From the NCBI GenBank assembly GCA_965230295.1, contig OZ246001.1, positions 3,296,001 through 3,360,000 of the forward strand: a DNA stretch of 64,000 nt, read 5' to 3'. The notes below the pieces were generated by a model. That model ran no database searches. It was not told the DNA's origin and was given only the letters and a program-made list of their open reading frames with translations. The translations under genes and the position numbers were made by a program. Position 1 is the stretch's first letter. Every line of letters starts with the position of its first letter. This stretch comes from Marinicella sp. (lineage in GTDB: Bacteria > Pseudomonadota > Gammaproteobacteria > Xanthomonadales > Marinicellaceae). Shown one piece after another: positions 38,806 through 49,704 of this stretch.

Positions 38806-40827
38806 TTAAAAAACGGCCGCTTTGATGCGGTCAATTTCATCGCGCAAATCGGCGGCTTTTTCAAACTCAAGATCAGCTGCATGTTGCTTCATTTGCTTCT
38901 CAAGTTTCTTCAGTAAGGTACCGAGTTCTTTGGCTTTTTTCCCGGCATATGGTGTTTCACCTTCGGCAATTTTGACCAGTTCTTTGGGTTCGTTTTGTTC
39001 ATAGGCATCTTGTAAATCATGGATTTTTCTCACCACCGATTTAGGCGTGATGTTGTGCTCGGTGTTGTGGTCGATTTGTTTTTGCCGACGCCGTTCTGTT
39101 TCGCCTATGGCCACTTCCATGGCAGCCGTTATTTTGTCGCCGTATAAAATGGCCTTGCCGTTTAAATTTCGACTGGCCCGCCCAATGGTTTGAATCAATG
39201 AGCTGGTTGAGCGCAGGAATCCTTGTTTGTCTGCATCCAAGATGGCCACCAATGAAACTTCCGGCATATCAAGGCCTTCTCGCAATAAATTGATTCCAAC
39301 CAATACGTCAAAAACACCTTTGCGCAAATCCCTGATGATTTCAACCCGTTCTACGGTTTCAATCTCAGAATGTAAATAACGCACCCGAATGCCCTTATCA
39401 GCCAAGTAATCGGTTAAATCTTCACTCATGCGTTTGGTCAGGGTGGTGACCAACACACGTTCTTGTAATTTGATGCGTTTGTTTATCTCTGACAATAAAT
39501 CATCGACTTGTGTGGCCACAGGTCGTACTTCGATGGTGGGATCGATCAACCCAGTGGGTCTGACTATTTGCTCAACAATTTGTGCCTGATGTTCAGCCTC
39601 ATATTTACTGGGTGTGGCGGAAACGAAAACCATGCGCGGTGTGCGTTGTTCCCATTCTTCGAATTTGAGTGGTCGATTGTCTAAGGCACAGGGTAGGCGA
39701 AAACCGAATCGAACCAGGTTTTCCTTTCTGGAGCGATCGCCTTTGAACATGGCACCAATTTGGGGAATGGTCACATGTGATTCATCGACCACCAGTAAAG
39801 CATCACTGGGTAAATAATCAAATAAACAGGGTGGGGGGTGACCGACAGGCAGCCCAGTCAGGTGTCTGGAGTAGTTTTCGATGCCTTGACAATAACCCAA
39901 CTCCTGCATCATCTCTAAATCATACATGGTTCGTTGTTCTAAGCGTTGGGCTTCCACCAAGCGGTTGTCATCGTAGAGTACTTTCAAGCGGTCTTTGAGC
40001 TCTTCCCGAATGTTTCCAATGGCATTCAGAATACGTTCTCTGGGTGTGGCGTAGTGAGAGGTGGGAAATATGTTGATCATTTCTTCATCACTGATTTTCT
40101 TACCGGTTAACGGGTCAAAAAAGCTCAATGATTCAATTTCATCATCGAACATCTCAATCCGTACAGCTGATTTCTCTGAATCTGCTGGGAACACATCAAT
40201 CACTTCACCCCTGACCCGGAATGTACCCCTTTCCAAGATGATGTCATTGCGGTTGTATTGCAGCTCTGCCAAGCGCCGCAGCAAGGTTCGCTGATCAATG
40301 GTGTCTCCAACATTCAGCGAAATCAACATCTGCAAATACGATTGTGGGTCACCCAGGCCATAGATTGCAGACACGGTGGCCACAATGATGACATCTTGTC
40401 TTTCCATCAGTGATTTGGTGGCAGACAAACGCATTTGTTCGATGTATTCATTGATCGAGGCGTCTTTTTCGATGTACAGATCGGTTGCTGGTATATACGC
40501 TTCGGGCTGGTAGTAATCGTAGTAGGAAACAAAATACTCGACAGCATTGTCTGGAAAGAATTCTTTAAATTCTGAATACAGCTGGGCTGCCAGTGTTTTG
40601 TTGTGGGCCATGATCATGGTGGTTTTCTGCACTTGGTTGATCATGTGTGCAATGGTGAATGTTTTACCTGAGCCTGTGACACCTAATAAGGTTTGTGCTT
40701 TCAAACCATCTTCAAAACCCTGTGACAGCTTTTCAATGGCTTGGGGCTGGTCGCCTGCGGGTTTAAACGGGCTTTTTATTGTGAATGGCTTGGCTGATTT
40801 TTTGATCTGTAGGTTGACTGTTTCCAT
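38806..40827 (-). CDS. uvrB: Excinuclease ABC subunit B
   Basis: [39 protein letters not shown]-terminal UVR domain. Confidence 0.98.
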   Translation of the reverse strand: METVNLQIKKSAKPFTIKSPFKPAGDQPQAIEKLSQGFEDGLKAQTLLGVTGSGKTFTIAHMINQVQKTTMIMAHNKTLAAQLYSEFKEFFPDNAVEYFVSYYDYYQPEAYIPATDLYIEKDASINEYIEQMRLSATKSLMERQDVIIVATVSAIYGLGDPQSYLQMLISLNVGDTIDQRTLLRRLAELQYNRNDIILERGTFRVRGEVIDVFPADSEKSAVRIEMFDDEIESLSFFDPLTGKKISDEEMINIFPTSHYATPRERILNAIGNIREELKDRLKVLYDDNRLVEAQRLEQRTMYDLEMMQELGYCQGIENYSRHLTGLPVGHPPPCLFDYLPSDALLVVDESHVTIPQIGAMFKGDRSRKENLVRFGFRLPCALDNRPLKFEEWEQRTPRMVFVSATPSKYEAEHQAQIVEQIVRPTGLIDPTIEVRPVATQVDDLLSEINKRIKLQERVLVTTLTKRMSEDLTDYLADKGIRVRYLHSEIETVERVEIIRDLRKGVFDVLVGINLLREGLDMPEVSLVAILDADKQGFLRSTSSLIQTIGRASRNLNGKAILYGDKITAAMEVAIGETERRRQKQIDHNTEHNITPKSVVRKIHDLQDAYEQNEPKELVKIAEGETPYAGKKAKELGTLLKKLEKQMKQHAADLEFEKAADLRDEIDRIKAAVF

Positions 40828-40915
40828 GGCATCTTATGATAGCTTAAATCTACTTTTTGTAGAAGCGTTTATAGATCTGGTCCTGGACCATAAGTCATGA
40901 TTTATCTCATGTTCA

Positions 40916-40964
40916 TTGACTATATATAAAGTGATATAGTATGCTATGTATTAATTTATATAGT
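40916..40964 (+). promoter_or_regulatory. Sigma70 promoter overlapped by two tandem PadR-type operators
   Basis: TTGACT-18-TATGCT; ACTATAT-N8-ATATAGT (40919-40940) and GCTATGT-N8-ATATAGT (40943-40964). Confidence 0.7.
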
Positions 40965-40977
40965 ATTGAGGTAGGTG

Positions 40978-41706
40978 ATGGACTGGTTACATGAAATTTT
41001 CAGAAACACACACATGATTGGCGGGTTTGTGGGTTTGGGTTTGTTTTGGATTCCACTGCTCAGTAAGAAAGGCAGTCCGATGCACAAAAAATTAGGCAAA
41101 ATTTGGATGTGGTTGGCACGTTTGGTGCTGTTAACCGCCTTCTTGGGTATTTTGATGTATGTCCCTGATTTACTGGCAGCAGGAAAAACACCTTTCAGTC
41201 ACCCCAACAGTTATGCTTTTCTCATATTTTTGGGGTATTTATCGATCGTGACATTTGTCATCACCATTTATGCTGTTGACGTGTTAAAGCACAAAACCGA
41301 TGTGAGTCAATTGGCCACTCCTTACATGAAGTCACAGGCCTATGTTTGTATAGCGCTGAGTCTGGTGATTGTGGCTTATGCCTTTATCTATAACCCTGAC
41401 ACTAAAATTGTGTTGTTGGCATTGAGTCCTGTGGGGTTATCCACCGGCTGGGGTATGCTTTCATACATGGCGGGCAAACAACCCAGTAAACGGGCTTGGT
41501 TATACGAACATTTGGGCTCGGTTATTGGCGCCGGTATTGCCTTCCATACGGCATTTGCGGTGTTTGGTATGACCCGCATATTTGACATTGGTTTAACGGG
41601 CGGCTTGGCAGTGATTCCCTGGATTTTACCGGCATTGATTGGCATTCCGGCGTCCATCATTTGGCGCCGACACTACCAAAAGAAATTCAACGAAATACCT
41701 GCATGA
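40978..41706 (+). CDS. DUF2306-like membrane protein
   Basis: H..GG, KKGSPMHKKLGK, WLYEH, HTAF motifs; multi-TM. Confidence 0.75.
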   Translation: MDWLHEIFRNTHMIGGFVGLGLFWIPLLSKKGSPMHKKLGKIWMWLARLVLLTAFLGILMYVPDLLAAGKTPFSHPNSYAFLIFLGYLSIVTFVITIYAVDVLKHKTDVSQLATPYMKSQAYVCIALSLVIVAYAFIYNPDTKIVLLALSPVGLSTGWGMLSYMAGKQPSKRAWLYEHLGSVIGAGIAFHTAFAVFGMTRIFDIGLTGGLAVIPWILPALIGIPASIIWRRHYQKKFNEIPA

Positions 41707-41716
41707 GGGGCAAGGT

Positions 41717-42268
41717 TTGAGTTTAAAACACATATTACTGGGCATATTGCAGCAACCCAAGAGCGGCTATGACGTCAAAAAAATGTTTGATCAAGTGTTC
41801 AGTAATTTTTGGGCCGCTGAGTTGTCGCAAATTTATCCACAGTTAAAACGGTTATCTGATCAGGGCATGCTCACAGTTGAAGCTGAAGAGTCGACCAAAG
41901 GTCCCAATAAAAAGATTTACCATACAACGGCAAGTGGACAACAGGAATTGGTGGACTGGTTAACCCAAGGGCCAGTCACCAATACTGAGAAATTGGCTTA
42001 CCTGGCACAAACTTTTTTCCTCGGGGCAATCAAGTCTCATCAGCAACGGATTAAATTCATGGAAGATTTGTTGCTGCACATGAAATCTTGGCACAACACA
42101 TTGGTGGCCATACAGAATGAAACCAAAGCCGATTACCCCAATTATCCGCATGATCTTCCCGATGAAGAGTTCTACCCAAACCTGACCTTGATGTTGGGGG
42201 TCAAAAAAATCGGTGCCAATGTGGCATGGGTGAAAGAAACATTGGTGCTGTTAAAAGAAAGAAGTTGA
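41717..42268 (+). CDS. PadR family transcriptional regulator
   Basis: TTG start after GAGGGG; SLKHILLG, SGYD, SQIYPQL, KKIYHTT..G. Confidence 0.9.
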   Translation: MSLKHILLGILQQPKSGYDVKKMFDQVFSNFWAAELSQIYPQLKRLSDQGMLTVEAEESTKGPNKKIYHTTASGQQELVDWLTQGPVTNTEKLAYLAQTFFLGAIKSHQQRIKFMEDLLLHMKSWHNTLVAIQNETKADYPNYPHDLPDEEFYPNLTLMLGVKKIGANVAWVKETLVLLKERS

Positions 42269-42300
42269 ACCTAAACCAAAATGTAATGATCTAACCACAT

Positions 42301-42993
42301 ATGAACGGGTGGTTGATAAGAGTGGCATTGATATGGGGGTTTTTATTTCCTCAGTCAGGTAATACTGAGTTCAAAAGTCAGTGTTATGGTGAACCTCATA
42401 ACGGTCTGATCAAACATACCGTACAATTGCCTAAGACCGGCACAAACTTCAAAGCATACAGCCAGTTCGGCTGGTATTTGGGACGAACCTATGTCCATGA
42501 AAAGGTGGCTGCTGTGGTACTAGGAGCTTATGAAAAACTGTACGTGGCAAACCCAAAACATACATTTGTTTATGGTGAAACTGGTTGGCCTGAAGGTGGT
42601 CTTTTCAAACCGCACAAAACCCACCAAAATGGTTTGTCTGTTGATTTTATGGTGCCAGTGATGGATGCCAACAACCACCCTGTATCTTTACCATTAACGG
42701 CTGCTAACCGATATGGCTATGACTTGGAATTTGACCAACAAGGGCAAGGTGAGGGTATGCGTATTGATTTTGAGTTATTGGCTTCTCACATCAAACATTT
42801 ACACCTGCAGGCTAAAACCCATGGCATTGCCATCAAAAGAGTGATTCTGGCTCCGGATTTACAACCCGGGTTATTCGGCACCACCACTGGTGACTACCTC
42901 AACCAACACATCAAGTTCAACACAAACCAGGCCTGGGTCAGACATGACGAACATTACCACGTTGATTTCTCGGTAAAGTGCTTGCCGTTATAA
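42301..42993 (+). CDS. Penicillin-insensitive murein endopeptidase (MepA/M74-like)
   Basis: Signal peptide; GG.FKPHKTHQNGLSVD and HDEHYHV zinc motifs. Confidence 0.8.
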   Translation: MNGWLIRVALIWGFLFPQSGNTEFKSQCYGEPHNGLIKHTVQLPKTGTNFKAYSQFGWYLGRTYVHEKVAAVVLGAYEKLYVANPKHTFVYGETGWPEGGLFKPHKTHQNGLSVDFMVPVMDANNHPVSLPLTAANRYGYDLEFDQQGQGEGMRIDFELLASHIKHLHLQAKTHGIAIKRVILAPDLQPGLFGTTTGDYLNQHIKFNTNQAWVRHDEHYHVDFSVKCLPL

Positions 42994-43102
42994 TCGCTGT
43001 GAGGACATAAATAACAGCTAATGCACACCTTTTATAAGAAAAAGGTTGCGATATAACCACAGTCTCTTATGATAAGCACTTTTTATCGTTGGAACGGTTG
43101 GT

Positions 43103-44305
43103 ATGAGTGAATTTGTTGCTGATTTGGTTAAACGCGTAAAGCCTTCTGCAACCATTGCCGTCAGTATGAAAGCGGCTGAATTGAAAAGGGCGGGTAAAGA
43201 CGTCATTGGCTTGGGAGCAGGAGAACCTGATTTTGATACCCCGGAGCACATCAAAGAGGCGGCCATCGAAGCCATCAGAACTGGACAGACTAAGTACACT
43301 GCAGTCGATGGCACACCTGAGTTGAAGCAGGCCATTATGGGTAAATTGTTGCGTGAAAATCACGTCAGTTACCAACCCAATGAACTGTTGGTTTCTTGTG
43401 GTGCCAAGCACAGTATTTTTAATTTATTGAATGCTGTGATCAATCCAGGTGATGAAGTCATTATCCCAACACCTTATTGGGTGTCATATCCGGACATGAC
43501 ATTATTGGCCGGTGGTCATTCAGTGATTGTAGAAACCACCATTGAAGCCAATTTCAAACTCACTGCTGAGCAATTACAAGCCGCCATCACTCCAAGAACA
43601 AAACTGGTGATGTTGAACTCACCCAGTAACCCAACCGGTAAAGCCTACACAGAAGCTGAGCTGTCAGCCCTGGGTGAAGTGATTAAGGCCAATCCACATG
43701 TGTTGATTGCCACAGATGACATCTATGAACACATTTACTGGGGCCAAGAACCTTTGACCAATTTGGTGTCCTTATTTCCTGAAATGAAGGATCGGGTGAT
43801 TATCATCAATGGTGTTTCCAAAGCCTATGCCATGACTGGCTGGCGTATTGGCTATGCAGCAGGCCCTGCTGACATCATAACGGCCATGCGTAAGATCCAG
43901 TCTCAAAGTACCTCTAACCCATGCTCCATTTCGCAAGCGGCGGCCACGGCTGCTTATAATGGCCCTCAAGATTGCTTGGGTGTGATGAAGGCAGCTTTTA
44001 AAGAGCGTCATGATTATTTGGTTGAGGCGCTGGATGCATTACCGGGGATCAACTGCTCGGAAGGCAATGGCGCATTTTATGCCTTTCCTGATGTAACAGA
44101 AGTGATCAGCCAAATTGATGGTGTTGATGATGATGTTGAGCTGTCAACCTGGTTATTGGAGCAAGCAGGTGTTGCCGTGGTGCCTGGCACGCCATTTGGG
44201 GCTCCCGGGTATGTGCGCTTATCGTTCGCCACATCAATTGATGTTTTGAAAGATGCTGTGGGTCGAATCGAAGATGCACTTCAGTCGGTCTTTAAATCAG
44301 GCTAA
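43103..44305 (+). CDS. PLP-dependent class I/II aminotransferase (aspartate aminotransferase-like)
   Basis: GEPDFDTP, NSPSNPTG, DDIY, SKAYAMTGWRIG. Confidence 0.93.
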   Translation: MSEFVADLVKRVKPSATIAVSMKAAELKRAGKDVIGLGAGEPDFDTPEHIKEAAIEAIRTGQTKYTAVDGTPELKQAIMGKLLRENHVSYQPNELLVSCGAKHSIFNLLNAVINPGDEVIIPTPYWVSYPDMTLLAGGHSVIVETTIEANFKLTAEQLQAAITPRTKLVMLNSPSNPTGKAYTEAELSALGEVIKANPHVLIATDDIYEHIYWGQEPLTNLVSLFPEMKDRVIIINGVSKAYAMTGWRIGYAAGPADIITAMRKIQSQSTSNPCSISQAAATAAYNGPQDCLGVMKAAFKERHDYLVEALDALPGINCSEGNGAFYAFPDVTEVISQIDGVDDDVELSTWLLEQAGVAVVPGTPFGAPGYVRLSFATSIDVLKDAVGRIEDALQSVFKSG

Positions 44306-44307
44306 CT

Positions 44308-45552
44308 ATGCAATACCGAATCACTGTCCATTATGCAGAACTGGCTTTAAAGGGTAAAAATCGCAGCCAATTTGTGAAGCGTTTGCGTCAGAATGTCCGG
44401 CGTAAATTGGCCTCATTGAACTTTGATTGGGAAGTGACATCCATTCATGACCGCATTTTTATCGAAGCGGGCCATGTGGCTTCGACTGATGCAGAGTATG
44501 TGGTCGCTGAAATTGCAAGGATCCCAGGCATAGCCTGGTTAAGCCATGTCCACTGGTTTGGAACCAAGGAATATCAATTCAATCAGCCCAATGCTGACCT
44601 GTCGCCATTACATGCAGTGATCAAAGAAATGGCGATCAAAACCTTTAAGCCAGATCATAGTTTTGCCATGAAGGTCAAACGCAGTGATAAGCAGTTTCCT
44701 ATGACTTCTCAACAGTTGGCCATAGATTTGGCGGGAACTGTTCTCAAAGAGACTCAATGGGAACAGGTTGATCTCAAAGCCGCCGATCAATTTTTCTATG
44801 TCAATATTTCAAACAGGGGCATAGCAGTGCATTCTAATAAGATCAGAGGGACTGGCGGTTTACCGGTATCAACCACGGGTCGGGTACTGACGTTGTTATC
44901 AGGTGGTTTTGATTCCCCGGTTGCTGCTTGGTTGATGGCCAATCGAGGTTGTAACGTTGATTTTGTCCACTTTTCAGCCAGCCACCACAACAGCAAGGAT
45001 GTGGAGGCGTACAAAATTTCCAGGATAGTCAAAACCATCAGTGAGGTGGCAGGTAGGGTCCGGTTATATATTGTGCCTTATACCCATTTCGATATGGCGC
45101 TGATGGAACATGGTTTGAGCTACGATTTGATATTGTTTCGTCGTTTTATGGCGAGGGTTTCAGAAAAACTCATGGAGAGAATCGAAGCACAGGCTTTGGT
45201 TACTGGTGATAATTTAGGCCAAGTGGCTTCTCAAACCCTGGAAAACATTGACTCCATGAATCAATCAATTGCTGCGCCCATCTTACGGCCTTTGCTGACT
45301 TATAACAAAGAACAAATCATAGAACTCTCCAATCAACTGGGCTTATTTGAAGTTTGTTGTGAACCCTATAAAGACTGCTGTGCTCTGATCAGTAAAAACC
45401 CGAAAACCAAATCAAAAGCCGAATTTTTGGAAAAATTAGAACTCAATCACCTCACTCATTATGATGAGTTAATGGAAGACACTTTGGCAGAAATGACTCA
45501 AGTCACCTATAACTTTGGACATTTAGAGCACATCAAACAAGGGGAGGGGTAA
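44308..45552 (+). CDS. thiI: tRNA 4-thiouridine synthase (no rhodanese domain)
   Basis: ELALKGKNR, THUMP domain, GGLP, LLSGGFDS PP-loop, TGDNLGQVASQT, DCC. Confidence 0.92.
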   Translation: MQYRITVHYAELALKGKNRSQFVKRLRQNVRRKLASLNFDWEVTSIHDRIFIEAGHVASTDAEYVVAEIARIPGIAWLSHVHWFGTKEYQFNQPNADLSPLHAVIKEMAIKTFKPDHSFAMKVKRSDKQFPMTSQQLAIDLAGTVLKETQWEQVDLKAADQFFYVNISNRGIAVHSNKIRGTGGLPVSTTGRVLTLLSGGFDSPVAAWLMANRGCNVDFVHFSASHHNSKDVEAYKISRIVKTISEVAGRVRLYIVPYTHFDMALMEHGLSYDLILFRRFMARVSEKLMERIEAQALVTGDNLGQVASQTLENIDSMNQSIAAPILRPLLTYNKEQIIELSNQLGLFEVCCEPYKDCCALISKNPKTKSKAEFLEKLELNHLTHYDELMEDTLAEMTQVTYNFGHLEHIKQGEG

Positions 45553-45561
45553 GCAGATAGC

Positions 45562-46053
45562 ATGCCAACACCAAGCATAAGACTGATCAAACCTGAAGAC
45601 AACAAAGCAGTCAGGGAGCTGGTGTTAGAAACACTTGCTGAATTCGGTTTGTTTGGCGAAGGCTTTGCCGGTGTAGATAAGGAGTTGGAAGACATGCATG
45701 CTGCTTATGCAGATGAGCTGAGTGCTTATTATGTCGTTGAAGTTGATGGCAAAGTGGCAGGGGTGGGTGGATATGCACCTTTGCTTGGTACCAGACGTGG
45801 TACCACGGCTGAGTTAAGGAAAATGTACTTAACTAATGCGTTACGTGGCCAAGGGCTTGGTCAAAGATTGATTGATTTGTGTATCCATGAAGCCACTCAA
45901 AAGAAGTATTCAAACATGTATTTGGAAACTGTGCCTGAAATGAAAGCCGCACAAGCTTTGTACCTGAAGAATGGTTTCAATTACGTTGAGCGTATGGGAG
46001 AGACAGGTCATTGTAACTGCAGTGTAACCATGGTGAGAAAATTGAATGATTAA
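45562..46053 (+). CDS. GNAT family N-acetyltransferase
   Basis: ELRKMY, RGQGLG, YLET, LY.KNGF. Confidence 0.9.
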   Translation: MPTPSIRLIKPEDNKAVRELVLETLAEFGLFGEGFAGVDKELEDMHAAYADELSAYYVVEVDGKVAGVGGYAPLLGTRRGTTAELRKMYLTNALRGQGLGQRLIDLCIHEATQKKYSNMYLETVPEMKAAQALYLKNGFNYVERMGETGHCNCSVTMVRKLND

Positions 46054-47119
46054 ACCATTACTGGTAATAATTCTTATAACGGTCAGCGTCTCTTGTGCTA
46101 ATCAGCAACGCCTAGCCAGTGATCTCCCAGATGAATTACCCATTGCAATCAGCAACAACGCCACAGCTTATTTGAATGTAGATGGTCAGGATCAGTATTA
46201 CAGTTTCAATGGCTTGACGACAGGTAAATCATATCAGGACATCACCAACCAGGCATTCGTCTGGAAAACTGGTGTTTGGCGTGAATTGGAGGTGCCTGCA
46301 GAACAATTACCTGTGTTGGCTTCTGTTGCTGTTGGTGTAGGAAGTTCTGTGTATTTGTTTGGCGGTTATACCGTGGCAGCTGACCACAGTGAAAAATCAA
46401 TACCCAATGTATGGCAAATCAACGGTAAGGATCAAAGTTGGACAGCGTTACCCGCCATGCCCACACCAGTGGATGATGCAGTTGCGCTGGTGTATCAAGA
46501 TCGATACATATATTTGATCAGTGGCTGGCATGATGTTGATAATGTTGACTTGGTCCAAGTATATGACATCAAAAACAAGGCTTGGCAGCAAGCCACAGCA
46601 TTTCCTCTGCCAGCTGTGTTTGGCCATGCCGGTGGTATTGTCGACAACCAAATGGTTGTTTGTGATGGCGTCAAAGTACTTTGGCAAGGGGAGAAAAAAC
46701 AATTTCTTCCATCTCCTGCATGTGCTGTTGGTGTGATCAATCCCAATGACCACACTGACATTGTATGGCAAACCATCGAACACCACAGTGGCATTGCGTA
46801 CTACCGCATGGCAGCCACCAGCGATGAATCAAATCAAATATACTTTGTTGCAGGCAGTGACAATCCGTATAATTATGACGGCATTGGGTACAACAAGGTC
46901 CCATCTGAACCAAGTAACAACATCAGAATATATGAGTTACAACATCACAAGTGGTCAACCATTGACAATTACATTCCCTCATCTATGGACCATCGTTCCA
47001 TGTTAAATACCAAGAAAAATTTTGTCATCATGGGTGGTATGGGAGAAAACCAAGCCGTCCTGGACCGCATCGTATATATCAAAAAATCAGAAATCCGAGC
47101 TGATTCATATAATAATTAA
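46046..47119 (+). CDS. Kelch-repeat lipoprotein
   Basis: Lipobox VSC; VYLFGG, IYLISG, FGHAGG, VIMGG kelch repeats. Confidence 0.82.
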   Translation: MIKPLLVIILITVSVSCANQQRLASDLPDELPIAISNNATAYLNVDGQDQYYSFNGLTTGKSYQDITNQAFVWKTGVWRELEVPAEQLPVLASVAVGVGSSVYLFGGYTVAADHSEKSIPNVWQINGKDQSWTALPAMPTPVDDAVALVYQDRYIYLISGWHDVDNVDLVQVYDIKNKAWQQATAFPLPAVFGHAGGIVDNQMVVCDGVKVLWQGEKKQFLPSPACAVGVINPNDHTDIVWQTIEHHSGIAYYRMAATSDESNQIYFVAGSDNPYNYDGIGYNKVPSEPSNNIRIYELQHHKWSTIDNYIPSSMDHRSMLNTKKNFVIMGGMGENQAVLDRIVYIKKSEIRADSYNN

Positions 47120-47133
47120 GAGAGAGAATATTT

Positions 47134-49683
47134 ATGAAAATCATGACTTTTGTCAGCTGTTTGTTCATGCTGTTTATATTTCAAGCGACACCCAGTTCAG
47201 CAGGCGAGGGCTTGCCGGATGGGGATGGTCCTTGGATCGTGTTGAATCATTACCAAAATAAAGACGATGTTTTGGCACTCAAAGAAGACTATGATTTGTG
47301 GAAAATTGACGAAAAGAATAAGACAGTCTTGATGATGATTGATGAGCCGGCAGCTTATCAAGAACTATTGGATCTTGGGTTCTCACTCAAATTACACGAC
47401 GAATTGATGAGTCAGCAAGCCGAGTTAATGAAGCAAAAGTTCCTTGGGAAAATGCCAATCACTGGCTTTCCTTGTTACCGCACAGTGGCTGAAACCTATG
47501 CGGCTATGACCACCATGCAAAACGATTATCCAGATTTGGTCACATTGATCGATATTGGTGATTCTTGGCACAAAACTGAGCCTGGAGGTTTGGCTGGTCA
47601 TGACATTCAAGTGGTGAAAATCACCAATGCCAATGTGGTTGATCCCAATAAGCCCATTTTATTTGCCATGGGTTCCATTCATTCACGTGAATACCCACCT
47701 GCTGAATTGGTGACTCGTTTTGGTGAACATGTGCTGTCAAATTACGGCTCAGACCCTGACATAACTTGGTTGGTTGACCACCATGAAATTCACTTGCTGA
47801 TGCAGGGTAACCCTGATGGTCGCAACATCTCTGAAAATGAAGCTTCACCCAACCAACGTAAAAACCGCAATGAAAACCATTGTTTTGGGGGGAATCAACA
47901 AGGCGTTGACATGAATCGGAACTTTGATTTCAGATGGAATCAAGGCACTGGTTCCAGTGGCAGTGACTGTAGCGAGGTCTTTCGAGGCGACTCAGCAGTC
48001 AGTGAACCGGAAACCACTGCGATTAATAATTACATCCAAACCTTATTTCCTGATCAAAGACCGGATGACCTGGTGACCGCTGCACCACTGGATAAACCAG
48101 GGGTGTATTTGGATATCCACAATGTGGCGGAGTTGACTTTATTTCCATTTGGTTTTTCTAACAGTGCAGGTCAGGCACCTAACCATGATCAATTGATGAC
48201 TTTGGCCAGACGCATGTCATTCTTTACTGGCTATCGCCCAGAACAATCCAATGCGTCACTGGGTGGTGCCGATGGTGCATCTGATGACAATGCTTATGGT
48301 ACTTTAGGTGTTGCTGCCTATACCATTGAGCTTGGCGAGGGAGGTTTTTACTCCAGTTGTTCTGCATTTGAAAACACCATTTATCCTGATAACCTTGAAG
48401 CCAATATATATGCTGCTAAAGCATCGCGAGCGCCTTATTTAACTGCATCAGGACCTGATGTGATCGATTTGCCACAGAATGTGATTGAAGTTTCAGCTGG
48501 CAATTCTTTTGCGGTCAACGGAACAGCGACAGACACTCGCTTTAATGCATCTAACGGTACTGAGCCCACCCACAACATCACTGCTGTTAAAGCCTATATA
48601 GGCACCCCTTCATGGGTGGGTGGTGCTGTGGCCATCGACATGAATCCAACCGATGGTAATTTCAATAGCAGCGTAGAAGCTTTTAACGGCAGCATAGACA
48701 CAACGGGTTTGGCTGAAGGCCGATACACCGTTTGGTTTGAAGCCACTGATGATGGTTCTGTTGGGGCCTTCAATGGTATCACCGGTGTGCCTGCAGCGAT
48801 TTTTGTTGATGTGGTCAATCCAGCTAATATAGGTACACTTGATGGAACAGTGAGGGATTTATCTGACAATGAAGCTGTCGAACAAGTGTTGGTAGAGTAT
48901 GATGGCAATCAAACATTTACAGACAGTTCAGGTCAATACTCCATACAAACCTCAGCCACAACCGCGGATCTGATGTTTTCTAAGGTGGGGTATGTATCCA
49001 CAAGCATTTCATCAGTTGATGTTTTGGCTGGTATGACAACCACCCAGAACACGTTCTTAGCGCCCTCCTGTGAAACTATATTCTTAAATGATGATGTTGA
49101 AGCTTACAGTGTTATCGGGGAAGCCATCAGTGCAGGCTGGTCTTTGGTGAATGGATCTGGTGCCAGTAACGACTGGCGGGTCGAATCTGGAGATAATCAC
49201 ACGGTTGGTGGAACCAGAGCATTCGTGTCAAGTAATGTAGGTGAAGTTTCTGATAAGAGTCTTGTCACACCAGCCGTAGCGATCGGCGAACAAGCTGAGT
49301 TGACTTTCTGGCATAAACACCAATTTGAATCCAATAATGATGATTACGATGGTGGTGTGATTGAAATCAGTACCAATGGAGGCAGTAATTGGACAGACTT
49401 GGGCAATGACATCACTCAAAATGGTTACAACGGTACCCTCAGCTCCGGTTTCAGTAATCCATTGGGAGGCAGACCCGCTTTTGTGGACAGTTTGGGTACG
49501 TTTACTGAAGTCATTGTTGATTTATCATCATACAGCAACGAGACTGTTTTAATCAGGTGGCGCATGGGCACAGATTCTGACATATCTGCTGGAGATTGGA
49601 AAATAGATGACATCAATCTGATCGCATCTGGCGATTGTCCTGGGCCAATAGACATCATTTTTAAAGATAATTTTGATAATTGA
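47134..49683 (+). CDS. Secreted M14 zinc carboxypeptidase with regulatory-like and jelly-roll domains and IFKDNFD tail
   Basis: IHSREY, NPDG, GVDMNRNF, SEPET, DIH, TIELG; C-terminus DIIFKDNFDN. Confidence 0.9.
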   Translation: MKIMTFVSCLFMLFIFQATPSSAGEGLPDGDGPWIVLNHYQNKDDVLALKEDYDLWKIDEKNKTVLMMIDEPAAYQELLDLGFSLKLHDELMSQQAELMKQKFLGKMPITGFPCYRTVAETYAAMTTMQNDYPDLVTLIDIGDSWHKTEPGGLAGHDIQVVKITNANVVDPNKPILFAMGSIHSREYPPAELVTRFGEHVLSNYGSDPDITWLVDHHEIHLLMQGNPDGRNISENEASPNQRKNRNENHCFGGNQQGVDMNRNFDFRWNQGTGSSGSDCSEVFRGDSAVSEPETTAINNYIQTLFPDQRPDDLVTAAPLDKPGVYLDIHNVAELTLFPFGFSNSAGQAPNHDQLMTLARRMSFFTGYRPEQSNASLGGADGASDDNAYGTLGVAAYTIELGEGGFYSSCSAFENTIYPDNLEANIYAAKASRAPYLTASGPDVIDLPQNVIEVSAGNSFAVNGTATDTRFNASNGTEPTHNITAVKAYIGTPSWVGGAVAIDMNPTDGNFNSSVEAFNGSIDTTGLAEGRYTVWFEATDDGSVGAFNGITGVPAAIFVDVVNPANIGTLDGTVRDLSDNEAVEQVLVEYDGNQTFTDSSGQYSIQTSATTADLMFSKVGYVSTSISSVDVLAGMTTTQNTFLAPSCETIFLNDDVEAYSVIGEAISAGWSLVNGSGASNDWRVESGDNHTVGGTRAFVSSNVGEVSDKSLVTPAVAIGEQAELTFWHKHQFESNNDDYDGGVIEISTNGGSNWTDLGNDITQNGYNGTLSSGFSNPLGGRPAFVDSLGTFTEVIVDLSSYSNETVLIRWRMGTDSDISAGDWKIDDINLIASGDCPGPIDIIFKDNFDN

Positions 49684-49704
49684 TACAGGAAATAAACAGC
49701 TAAT

